From contig CM075981.1 in NCBI GenBank assembly GCA_038087875.1, positions 1,674,001 to 1,738,000 on the forward strand: a stretch of 64,000 nucleotides of DNA, written 5' to 3'. A program made the position numbers and the translations under genes. Source of the DNA: Malacoraja senta. Lineage: Eukaryota. The stretch's first letter is position 1, and each line of letters opens with the position of its first letter. Below the pieces are notes generated by a model. That model saw only the letters and a list, made by a program, of their open reading frames with translations. It was not told the origin of the DNA and searched no databases. Of the stretch, positions 22,701 through 33,800 are shown piece after piece.

Positions 22701-25700
22701 ATCCTGTATAGAATTGTCTCTTCCATTTACACAGCTTTAAACTAGGTTTGCAGTGACATCAGTCCATGCACATTCACTTTCCCACCACATGATCCACACA
22801 CAGATATGGTAAGGGATCAGACATTATCAGTAAATGTGGCCACAGTTAAATCCTTGACGACGGTATCCCATTTACCAGCACCTCGTCCATTGCAGCAATT
22901 CAGGTACCTCCACCTTCTGGGTTTAAAAATATGTCTTGATACCCTTGAAACATCCTGCTCCTTAACTTAACCATGTGTTCTCCACATTTACACATATCTG
23001 TCGTGCAACATTTCCCAAAAATCCACTGTCTATGCAGCTCAGAGTTTTTGCACACCTGTAATTGGTTTCCCCTTCCTCACCTGGGGGAGGCGGACAGGAG
23101 CACTTGGAGAAAACCCACACGGTCACAGGGAGGTGGTAAAAATTCCGTACATCCGTAGTCAGGATCGAACCCGGGTCTCTGGCGTTGTAAGGCAGCAACT
23201 CTACCGCTGCGCTACTGTGCCGTCGACACCTGGCGCCAGAGTTGTTACCAGCCCGCCTGCTTGTCGTAACATCTCCCATTTACTCAACTCACACTGAAGA
23301 AACATTATCCTGTCTGTTAAGCCTATCAACTACTTACATCGGAAAACCATACTCCTTTGTTCAACTGCAAGTGAAAAGCAGTGAAACTGACTTTTATTTC
23401 CTTGTTCCAACAGGTCATGAATATTCTTGTGAAAATTCGATAACATCCAATTACTCTGCAAGGTAAACCACTTTATTTCCAATGGAAGTTACAATATAGT
23501 AATTGCTGGTGTTTTGGTTGGGAATGCTTTATTTGGGAGAAATTTGTGCCTGCCTTTCACTGGCATTAAATGCCCTGAGAGTATTGATCTGAATGCACAG
23601 TGGCACAGCCGATAGAATCACAGCCTCACAACACCACGACCCTGGTTCATTAGGTGCTGTCTGTGCGTGGTCTGCATGTTTTGCCTTTTATTGTGTTGGT
23701 TTCATTTAAGTGCTCCAGTTTCCTCCCAGCTCCCAAAGATGTGCCAGTTGTAAATTGCCCCGTGTGTACAGGACAGCGGTTGAATCTGTGGATAGGGGAT
23801 GGGGCGGGGAGGGAGGGAGGGTGTTGGACGGTAGTGCTAGTTGATGAGGAAGTGGGGAAAATAAAAATGGGATTGACAGAGGATCCGTGTGAATGTAGTT
23901 GACTGTCGGCACAGACCAGAAGGGCCAAATGGCCTGTTTCAATACTGTGTTTCTCCATGGGTCTTTGATCCAATGAAACCAAATATCGAAGCATAATCAA
24001 ATTTTGTACGTCCAGCCATGATCACATTGAATGGCGGTGCTGGCTCAAAGGGCCGAATGGCCTACCCCTGCACCTCTTGTCTATTGTCTATTGTCTATTG
24101 TTTCAAGCCTGACACCAAATATAAATGTATCTCTTAAATATTCGTTAATAATATGTATATAACTTGCAAACCAATTATTAGTTAACTCTTCAGAAGGGGA
24201 ATTACACTGGGTTTACATCTCATTGTGTTGTGTACATGCTTGGATGATAAGAACAAGTTCTTCCATTTGCTGCTTTTCAGAGAGCGCTTCCTGCAGTATT
24301 CACCATGACTTCTCCTTCACTAACCTCATCCCATGCTGTGAGATGAATATAGTTGCCAAACCCAAGTCTTGCAGTTTAGCTTGGTTGACACTTGCTCTGG
24401 TGTGGTGCTGATAGGTAAATGCATTATGAATTATGGGCTAAGACACCCCCCCTTGATATCACTTATGGCAACACCTTGCCATTGATGGGGTCACGCACCA
24501 ACAATTCGCTGGCGCAGAATGTGAGAAAAGTCTTGAATCAGACCGAATACAGCGAACTGAGTTAACTCAATCAATCAATCAATCAATCAACCGTTATTGT
24601 CATTTTAAACATTTCACACATAAATAAAAACAATAAAAACACTCCAAAATAATAATAATCAATAAATAAATATATAAATAAAACAATCCAGTCCCTGATA
24701 AAAACAATACAAATAGCTAAAAAGTGCAGGTAAAAAAACAGCAACATTAAAATACAAGTAAAAACATTCATAAATAACTGACGCTCCCTTACACATTGAA
24801 CCTTGAAAACATTGTTTTTTTAAATTATCCCTGAATATTCCATCATAATACAGTCATGAAAGTGGGAACACTTTGTTATTTATCTTGTTACAATTGAAAT
24901 AGGTCTGGCTTTCTATCACACTCTTGCGATAGGAAATAAGAATATTAATAAAACGCACGCCGCTATTAGCGAACCTTTAACCGATTTTTCGAACACACAC
25001 CATCCACACACCTACCGCGTTAATCCAAGTAATATCGAGGGGGCGAGATTAAGCATTAACATTTTTAATTTATTTTATTACTTGGCCTCATCCGTTTCCA
25101 TATTTATTGTCCCACCTCCCTTCCACCATTAGAATTGATCCCTTTTAATTAATCTATCCATATGGATTTTATTATAATCTTCCTTGCAGCTGCATTTTCT
25201 TTCTTCCAGGGTATTACACTGTTCTTTGTATCTTTCACACATCCACAGTGTTCCCTTTCCCGTGACTCCCAGTCTGAAGAAGGGTCTCGACCCGAAACGT
25301 CACACATGGGGTCATGCAGCAAAGATTCGGTGGCGCAGAAAGTGAGAAACCAGCCTTGAATTCAACCGAATACACCGAACTGTCTTAACTGACGCTCCCT
25401 TACACATTGAACCTTGAAACCTCTCCCGCTGTGTTTCGCCAGCATTGTGTGTCACTGAATTCACTGCTCCATCTGCTGACTTATTTCTCTGTCTTCTCCG
25501 AATCCATTTAACCGTCTAATCTCTGATACCCAGTATTGTAGATATGCTCCAGCAAAGAGGTCAGTAATTGGTGATCATAGGTTGTCCCCCCCCCCCCCCC
25601 AGTCCAACACCCGTTCTTTCTCCAAGATGATCTCCATTGGCTCTGCTGCTTCGCCCCGCTCCACTTCACTAAGATTATGAAGCAAATAACAGGTAAATGT

Positions 25701-26517
25701 TTCAAAGATAAATCGTCACGTTTCCTCCCATTGATTCTGTATCTCTTGCCCTTTGCCCAGTTACATCTCATGGAATGTGGGGCGCTGGTTGTTCTTTCTC
25801 CTGCTTGTGCTCTGGAGTATCTCAACCGCGGTGTTCACAAGAGGCTGTAAGGTAGGTTTTATTATCATCATGTTCATAAATTATAGGAGCAGAATTGGTC
25901 CATTCAGCCCATTATATATAATCCGCCCCCAATCACGACTATTCTAGCCTTCGCTCCCGATCCATCCTCCTGCCTTCACCCTATAACCCTTGACATCCTT
26001 ATTTATGAGGAATATGAAAATCTCCGGCTTAAAAATATCAATTGATTTGGATAGGTACAAAAATACTGGAGTAACTCAGCGGGACAGGCAGTATCTCCGG
26101 AGTGGATTGATATGGCCTCCACAGCCTCCTATGGTAATGAAATCCATTGATTCACCACCCTCTGCCCAAAACAATCCATTCTCTTCGCCGAATGTATCCA
26201 AACGGTTTCCATTAATGCTTTCAAATATCCTGTCCATTGATATAAACAAAAGTCGTGCACGTTTTCATAACCTGAAGTTAAACCAAATCACTATGTAGAT
26301 GATATCATGTGGTTTTGTCAGGTTGTACGTGTGCTGGGTGGATTTCTGTGCGCGGTGTGGATTCGTTGGGGTCCATCTTCCAGACAGCCATGTGTTGGGG
26401 GTGGTCGGGTCAAATAAAGCGTGGTTCCCACTGTCAGTGAGTCTGATGACTTCACATTGTCTTTTGCAGAGACGCGATGAATCAGAACCTCGCCACTCGA
26501 CACACGAATTAGAATGA
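7733..26517 (+). CDS. Gene copy 1: six-Ig MDIR-like (CD300/pIgR-like V plus FcR-like C2) receptor, L-V1-V2-V3-C2a-V4-C2b-stalk-TM(R)-short tail; V1 carries a +1 frameshift
   Basis: Exons 7733-7769, 9344-9659, 11847-12161, 16228-16542, 18600-18920, 20631-20942, 22110-22430, 23414-23462, 25542-25559, 25761-25851, 26470-26517; all GT-AG and phase-compatible. Confidence 0.8.
9344..9659 (+). pseudogene. Copy 1 V1 exon (CD300/pIgR-like IgV) with a 1-nt insertion
   Basis: 316 nt versus 315 nt in copies 2 and 3; cactcGGGaagat at 9571-9583 versus cactcGGaagat in copy 2; motifs ITIDCHY, KYWC..C and RVSITD are intact. Confidence 0.75.
9990..10850 (+). mobile_element. CR1 LINE 3' fragment (RT C-terminus), decayed; copies at ~33873-34730 and ~60387-61250
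   Basis: WADAWQMKFNVDKCE...QRDLGVLV...RPHLDYC and KNVFTQRVVNLWN motifs. Confidence 0.85.
11847..12161 (+). CDS. Copy 1 V2 exon (IgV, CD300/pIgR-like)
   Basis: tttcag|CT GCA GTG TGG ... GAC G|gtacgt, 315 nt; B- and F-strand Cys, KYWC plus second Cys, DTGWYRC. Confidence 0.9.
12361..13790 (-). mobile_element. CR1 LINE 3' fragment (RT) in the V2-V3 intron; copies at ~36240-38215 and ~62759-64000
   Basis: SGVPQGSVLGPQLFTIYINDL, SKFADDTKL and FTQRVVNLW motifs; (tctatgtt)n tail. Confidence 0.9.
14010..15100 (+). mobile_element. Penelope-like retroelement 3' fragment; copy at ~38420-39435
   Basis: PPLSAFRRDRSFRNSLV, followed by decayed GIY-YIG sequence (YYIRCSRC..YIG.TKRRL..RFAE) and a hammerhead-type terminus; bounds approximate. 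Confidence 0.75.
16228..16542 (+). CDS. Copy 1 V3 exon (IgV)
   Basis: 315 nt, phase 1-1, same motifs; NLT sequon near the N-terminus. Confidence 0.9.
16880..17660 (+). mobile_element. Penelope-like 3' fragment downstream of V3; copy at ~41210-41990
   Basis: QTFTCISSNLIYSIRCSRC and the same terminus as 14010-15100. Confidence 0.75.
17700..18390 (+). mobile_element. Old degenerate CR1 fragment (also in unit 2)
   Basis: cacactttgggaattgtgttcagcttc and gcgtgcagaaaggttta..acgttgcctggac remnants; bounds approximate. Confidence 0.5.
18600..18920 (+). CDS. Copy 1 C2a exon (FcR/FCRL-like C2/I-set Ig) EPISAPVL...VSCES..GSLPIHYTWF...YYCTAANN...TCSYVTEMNNA
   Basis: ttcccacag acceptor, G|gtgagt donor, 321 nt; canonical Cys, Trp and YxC. 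Confidence 0.88.
19280..19745 (+). mobile_element. Penelope-like GIY-YIG C-terminus plus terminal repeat; copy at ~43610-44075
   Basis: ETKRRLGDRFAEHLRSVR...VAQHFNSPSH...RKLEEMHLIFRLGSLHPGGLNVEF. Confidence 0.82.
19651..19678 (+). ncRNA. Minimal hammerhead ribozyme core in a Penelope terminus; copy at 43982-44009
   Basis: CTGAAGA-A-GGGT(TTCG)GCCC-GAAA-CGTT. Confidence 0.55.
20631..20942 (+). CDS. Copy 1 V4 exon (IgV, more diverged)
   Basis: tttcag|GT GCA CTG TGG ... GAA G|gtaggt, 312 nt; KCWC and GVTGWYRC variants. Confidence 0.88.
21225..21369. repeat. Ungapped inverted repeat with 61-bp arms and a 23-nt spacer; copy at 45556-45700
   Basis: Arms 21225-21285 and 21309-21369 match at 55 of 61 positions by my manual alignment. 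Confidence 0.85.
21520..21985 (+). mobile_element. Degenerate CR1 3' fragment (also in unit 2)
   Basis: ttacaaggatgttg...gaggggggaatgattt...ttttacacaatggttggt remnants of the FTQRVV region; bounds approximate. Confidence 0.55.
22110..22430 (+). CDS. Copy 1 C2b exon DPVSVPVL...VSCES..GSLPISYTWY...YYCTASNN...PCSFLVKINGT
   Basis: ttcccacag acceptor, G|gtaagt donor, 321 nt; paralogous to C2a. Confidence 0.88.
23414..26517 (+). CDS. Copy 1 membrane-proximal exons: stalk 23414-23462, micro-exon 25542-25559, TM 25761-25851, tail 26470-26517
   Basis: Same splice signals and peptide as in copy 0. Confidence 0.72.
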
Positions 26518-29500
26518 AGACTCCTAGCTTGCACCAACAGTGAGGGAATTCTGCACCGCGATGAAATATTTATGCATCATCCTGCTTTGTCAACTGATAC
26601 CAATTGGACGAATATATGTATCTTGCAATTCAACGAACGGTTTCATGAAAGTGACTTCAAAGCAATGTTCCAAACTTTCCAAACCATATCTGTTTCCAAA
26701 ACTCATTTACCGCACTGGTCTTAATGTTTGTCACCTCTTCCAAGGTTTCTTTCATCACCTTCGAACTATTGTTTTAACCTCTGCGTGGTTTCTGCTGCTC
26801 AAAAGTCTTATACCCTGTTAAAATATATTATATGCATTCAACTTCCTGGAAAAAAATGTTTTCGCTGACAAATGAATAATTATGCATCAGGATGCTTCTT
26901 AATAAATTTTTGTTGTCAATAAATGGTTTGTCTAATTTGTTTTGTTTAGACTGTAAATTTAGTGTTGAAGAACAGACTGAAATCAGATTGCTGGAGATTT
27001 CTCCTGTTGCCAAACGTTAAAGGCGTTAAGGAATGGCAATGATTAATCTTTCAGACCATGCTATCCCATCAGAACAAAACTCCAGATGCTGGTTTAAACT
27101 GAAGATAGACATAAATTGCTGGGGTAACTCAGAGTGACAGGCGGCATCTGTGGATATATGAGGTAAGTTTAGGCGGACTCAGCGGCGGTATTCAACGAAT
27201 TGATCGCCGATCCTGCGCTTGTTCTCGCTTCTCGGCGATCGCTTCGCTGAACAGCTCCGCTCAGTCGGCCTAAACCTACCTGACATCCCGGTCAATAGAC
27301 AATAGACAATAGACAATAGGTGCAGGAGTAGGCCATTTGGCCCTTCGAGCCAGCACCTCAATTCAATGTGATCATGGCTGATCATCCCCAATCAGTACCC
27401 CGTTCCAGCCTTCTCCCTATATCCCCTGACTCCGCAATTTTTAAAAGCCCTATCTATCTCTCTCTTGAAAGCATCCAGAGAACCTGCCTCCACCGCCCTC
27501 TGAGGCATAGAATTCCACAGACTCACCACTCTCTGTGAGAAAAAGTGTTTCCTCGTCTCCGTTCTAAATGGCTTACTCCTTATTCTTAAACTATCGCTCC
27601 TGGTTCTGAACTCCCCGAATATCGGGAACACGTTTCGCTAAACAGTTTAACTCCCCCTCCCATTCCCACACTGACATTTCTATCCTGGGCATCCTCCATT
27701 GTCAGAGTGAGTCCCAGCGCAAATAGGAGGAACAGCACCTGATATTTCGCTAGGGCAGCTTACACCCCAGCGGTGTGAACATTGACTTCTCTAACTTCAA
27801 GTAACCCTTGCTTTCCCTCTCAATCCAGCCCCCCAATTACCAGCTCTCCGATCAGTCTGACAGTCTCCGACTACATTTTACCTCTCATTGCTTTGTTGTT
27901 ATCTTCTCCCAGCTAACAATGATCTATTCTACATTTTCCTTGAGCTTCACCCCCTTTGTCCCGTTTTCACACCTTACAATTCCTAATCTAATTATCTCCA
28001 CCTCCCTTGACTTCAGTCTGAATAAGGGTCTCGATCCGAAACGTCACCCATTCCTTTCATCCATAGATGCTACCTGTCCCAATGAGATACTCCAGCATGT
28101 TGTACAACAATATTTTTTTGATTAAATGATTGAAAGAAACAGCATGGATACTGACCATTTGGCCCACTGAGTCCACGTCAACCAGCAATCAACCCTTTCA
28201 CAGTAATGTTGATAAACATTTTATTGCTGCAACGAGTTATTCATTTTGTCCACCGTACAAAAGAGTTAATGGACTATAAATAATGGCCAAGGTGGCGCAA
28301 CGGTAGAGTTGCTGCCTTACAACGCTTGCAGTGCGGGAGACCCAGGTTCGATCCCGACTACGGGAGCTGTGTGTACGGAGTTTTTACGTTCCACCGTGAC
28401 CGCGTGATATTTCTCACAGATCTTCGATTTCCTCCCACACTACAAAGACGTACAGGTATGTAGGTTAATTGGCTTGCTATAAATGTAAATTGTCCACAGT
28501 GTGTGTGGGATAGCGTTATTGTGCGGGGATCGCTGGTCAGTGTGGACTCGGTGGGCCGAAGGGCCTGTTTCCGCGATGTATCTCCAAACTAAACTAAACT
28601 AAACTAAATTAGTGGAAAGTCTATTCTTGTGCCGAACAAAATGGTTGAGTTGCAGCTTGCAAAGCCCGGGGTGTGAAACTGCAAATACATTGTGTTGCTT
28701 TCTTCAGTCTGACTTGTGACTGTAACCCCGCCCATGAAAGAACTGTGAAGGATGTTGTTTGAATATAAGAAATGGTGACCTGCAAAAACGGAGTAACCAC
28801 CATAAAGTTCCGAAAGAGTCAAGGATTGCTTTGGGTAAAATGTCCCACTTACAAAGATAAATATTATCCACACAGTAAGCAGGGAGACGAGGAAATGAGA
28901 CCAGAGGCTGCTTTGAACTCATAAACCCCCATGTTAGGGATATCCGAGGAGTGCTGAATAGCCAGAGATACTTGCAGATTCTGTGGTCACATTGATGCTG
29001 CCTGGCCCCTTTCAACTCGAGCTTGTTGATGGTCTAATGGGAGGAATGAACTTGAATTGGATCTTACCCCACTGCTAGACATCCCAAAGTGCCTCATAGA
29101 TAGTGAGAGGTAAACAGTCTGAGATGCGACAGATAGACACAAAATACTGGAACAACTCAGCGGGATAGGCAGCATCACAGCAGGGAAAGAACGGGTGACA
29201 TTTCGGGTCGATGCCACTATTGTGTTTAGTGATGGGTACTGGCTTGCAATGTACTTTAATCTAATATGTTCAAACAGTCATTTATTTCTTTACACTGATT
29301 TGTTCTGCAGTGCTGACACTTTGCTCGCGCTGCTGAAAAAAAGGGTGTGTAGATTCGTAACTCTGAACAGCATCTTGCGAGCAGCTCGCTGTAAAACTGT
29401 TTGTTGAGAAGTGTTTGCAGTAGTCATGGGTCAAAGGCGAATGTAGACAGAATTCAATTGTTCTGCTGCATCGTCCGTTCCTCTCTGCAGTGTTTTTAGG

Positions 29501-30880
29501 GGGCAAGTATGCAGGAAATAGCTCCTAACAAAAGATCCTTTACTGAGGGTCGCCAACGCTCAGCTAACACCAGTGGCGGACTCATCAGTGTGTTACACCC
29601 ATACTACGTGATACACAACATTGCCACAGATGTACACAACCAGAATAAACGACACTGTTCCACTAAAAGTGACACACCAGAACGATAGACGGCAGCAGAT
29701 ATTAGGTTATATTATAATGCAACTAGTTGCCTACAGAATGAATTCGTTGCAAGCAGATGTACAAAATCAGCCAATGGAATGTACACGAACACAACCCTGA
29801 TAATGTATTCGCTCTGCATTGTAAAGAAGACAAGTTAATAATTCAATTCGCCGTGCATATTCTACCTTGCTTTAACTTCACTAAGTGTATCACTTCGCCC
29901 TTGTTGAGTTACATTACACATGTCAGTTACATTCCACATCCCGCTTTCCCAGCTGATCTCCATCCTGTGGTAATTCTAGACAAACTTCTTCACAGTCCTC
30001 CAGACCGTTAATTTTCTATTTTCAAAACGTGAATACCATGACAATAGTGTTTCAAATTTGAATTGAAGAGTTGAAGCAGAGAGGAGAGGGTCAAACTCCA
30101 ATTAACCTCAGCTGATTTCAGATGAAAATCCCCTACTTCCTAACGCCAGCTTCCTGTTTTGCCCCTTGTCAACAGTAATAAGCAAAAACAAAAGTTCCAA
30201 TTATTATATTTTTGATCTGCCGGTCCACTTACAAAATCATCTCAAGAGGGAATGATCGGAAGTGTACACATCTTAGGCGTTTCTACAATTCTAAATCGTC
30301 ATATTTTATCCAATGTATCATTGTTTACATGAAGGGCCCGACCCAAACGTCACCTAACCATTTTCTCCAGAGGTGCTGCCTGGCCCGCAGAGTTCCTTAT
30401 GAATTTTTTTGTCTATCATTATTTCCACCACTTTTCAGTGTTAACAGACTCTGAGTACAGAGATAATCGCCGCTGCATCCTAACGGCATACATCACACTT
30501 GACGAAGTGGTTGAAGCAGCTGCAATAACAACATGTAACGAGCACTTGGACAGTTCCACGTATGGGGAAGGTTTGGGGAGTTTCGGGTTGAACGTGGGAA
30601 AATCTGACTAACTTAGATGAGCACATTGGTCTAACGCGTTGGGGAGAAGGGCCTGTTTCCGTGACGTATGACTGTGATCATCCGACCCAACCATTTGTTA
30701 AATATAACCCTGATCCTTTCACACTGTAACGTGTCGAGCTGCTGCTGGCTCGCTGTGGTTCACGATCTGAAGTCCTGTTCCCTTCTTCGTCGTTGCTATT
30801 CGAGAGATGAGGTTGTATCTGAGAGCTACGAGCTGAGCGACAGACTGACAAGTGCTGACCTCGTCACTGTGGATAAAACA

Positions 30881-33800
30881 ATGTGGATTCCCATTCTTCT
30901 CATCTCCTCGCTGCCGGGTGAGTGAAAGCCAGATCCTGATATTCCAATGATCAATGTTATTTGGCGTCCCATGCACCCTTTTCACAGCAGAGATAGTTAA
31001 GTATGTGTAGACATGTAATGGGGGAGGTGCAACTCAGTGCATTGTGGTGATGGATCTGAAATCACATTTGAATATCTAGACTATGTTCGTAGTTTAATCA
31101 CTGTTGGCACTTGGTCTAATAGCATCCTGATGATAGTTTATAGGCATAAAATAGCAAATGAATTTGGAGCAGATACTCCAAGATACCTGGACCGGACATA
31201 GGTTGCAGCATCACCAGGAAGTTAATTCTACACTTTTGAAATGTGTTTACAACTTAGGGGGGAGTCGGGATTGTGGACTCATTGTGTCAGTTCAAATATT
31301 CCCTGCATTTGTCCAACTCAACTCTGTCGCAAACCCAACAATCCCCCGGAGTCTGAGACTGAACCACTGTCCTCGCCCTATCCACCTACCCCCAACTCTC
31401 TCTCCATCCTCTTTCCAATCCGCAACCAAGTCGCGCTGAAATGCAAGTTCAGTTTATTGTCACGTGTACCGAGGTACAGTGAAAAGCTTTTTCTTGCGTG
31501 CTAACCAGCCAGATACATGATTATAATCGATCCTCTTACAGTGCATAGATACATGAAAGGGAAATAAAGTTTAGTGTAAGGTAAAGCCAGCGAAGTCCGA
31601 TCAAGGGTAGTCCGAGGGTCTCCAAAGAGGTAGATAGTTCAGCACTGCTCTCTGGTTGTGGTAGGATGATTCCGATGTCTGAGTACAACTGCGAAGGAAC
31701 TGTCCCCGAATCTGGCGGTGTGCGTTTTCACGCTAATAACGCTCTCCGATAATGTACCCGCTTTATTGTAGTTCGTCCGTCCTCTGTGTCCTCAGTCAGG
31801 GCTTTGTAAAGGCAGTGAATGTCTAAACACGGGTCCGCCTTTCCGCGGCCGGGTGGGACTACAGGGGTACCAGGCGCTGTTCGCGGGCACCTGGGGGATT
31901 TCCGGGACATCTGGGCACCGCCTGGGGTTGAATACATCCTTGACAAGTATTGTAACATAGTTGTATAGTTGTTTATTTCGTTTATTTGTTTCTCTTGTAT
32001 TATGGTGGTGGGTTCTGTTTTGTTTTATTGTATCGTAAGTATTATTTTCAATAATTAAATTAATTATTTGATAATATTTTTAAAAAAACACGGGTCCGGC
32101 CCAGTGTCGGTTGAGAGATGAATGTTGGCAGCGCAGCCGGCGGCACCGCCAATTAAATAGCAAAGTGGGTGCTATTTAATTAAATAGCCTGTGATTGTTG
32201 GAAGGCAGCTCCTGCAACACTGCCGCGCTCCCTCAGAACCGCACTGCGATCCCAGCCCAGTTTCTGCTCAGGGATCTGGAGTGGGAAGTGAACCCAAATT
32301 GTACTGACCCGCGGACAGAACATTGACACAACTGGTACAATAACAGCACTGTCTGCACTTCAGACCGGAGACATTGGTCGTGAAGCAATATGACACATTA
32401 TGGAACGTTTTACGTTTTCTTTCATGTAATCTTCAAAATGTATCAATTCTGGGTAAATATTTTTAGTATAATATCTAAAGTGACCAGCACACAAGTGGAC
32501 CCGGATCCAAAATTTATAATACTCGGAACATCAGAATTAAATCAAACATTTACAACAACACAAAGAAACTTTATTGATTATAGTATAATAACAGGAAAAA
32601 ATTTAATTCTAAAATTTTGGAAAGGCCCTACGGCCCCCACAATCAAAATGTGGATTATAGAAATGACGGTGACCTTAAACGTGGAAAGAATCAGATTTTC
32701 CCTGTTGGACAAACAGGAATTATTCGTTGGAACATGGTCTCCCTTTATTGATTATTTAAAGGGTCAGAATGGTTCAGCACGGGAACCTGACTAATGCTCG
32801 GGCTAAAGAATGGATGAAATGTTATACTCTGAAATGTACGAATATATCTCGAATTAAGTTTTTTATTTTAATAATTTTTTCCATTCTTCTTTAACTATCT
32901 TTCTCTTTTTTTTTTTGTTTTTTGTTTTGTTTTTTGTTTTTTTTGTTTGTTTTTTTCTCTTTTTCTTCTCTCTCTTTTCTTTCTTTACTTCATCTATCTT
33001 TTTAGTTCTATCTAGTTAAAAAAAAAAAAAAAAAAGACAAAAGGTATTGGAGACAATGTAATAATAATGGATAATATTATCAATTCAAAAATGTAAGCCT
33101 GTAATGATGTTAATAGGTTATGTACTTATCTCCAATAAAAAATATTTTCCAAAAAAAACAAAATGTATCAATTACCATTAAACAGTTAATTTGCTCTCCA
33201 TCTGAAAGTTTCTCCGCTCAGTTTCAGGTGCAGTGTGGGCAAAGTGGGAAGTAAAAGGAGTTGTGGGAAGAGAGATCACAATCGATTGTCACTATGCAGC
33301 AGAGTACCGCTCACACACAAAATACTGGTGCCGTGGGAGGAGTCGATCGTGTAGAGTTTTAGTGGAAACAAATGGGCAACACGGACGGAGTGGAAGAGTG
33401 TCAATCACAGATAACCCGGCACGAGGAATATTTATTGTGACTGTGGAGGATCTTCACTCGGAAGATACAGGATGGTACAGCTGTGGAATTTCAACATCAG
33501 CCGACCATCCAATATTTAACGTTTTACTCGAAGTATCTGACGGTATGTTTCGCAGCGAATGACTTGACGTCTCCAGCAGAAAGACAATACAGGATTACAA
33601 TCGATCCTCTTACAGTGCATAGATACATGAAAAGGAAATTACGTTTAGTGTAAGGCGAATCCAGCAAAGTCCGATCAAGGGTAGTCCGAGGGTCATCAAA
33701 GAGATAGATAGTTCCGCACTACTCTCTGGATGTGGTAGGATGATTCAGATGCCTGACAACAGCTGTGAAGAAATTGTCCCCGAATCTGGCGGTGTGCGTG

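Larger units (their letters stand above)
1..23136 (+). repeat. Tandem segmental duplication unit 1 (tail of gene copy 0 plus 5' and middle part of copy 1)
   Basis: Sequence at position 1 recurs at 23137 and 47468; the ORF track repeats with offsets 23,136 and 24,331. Confidence 0.97.
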
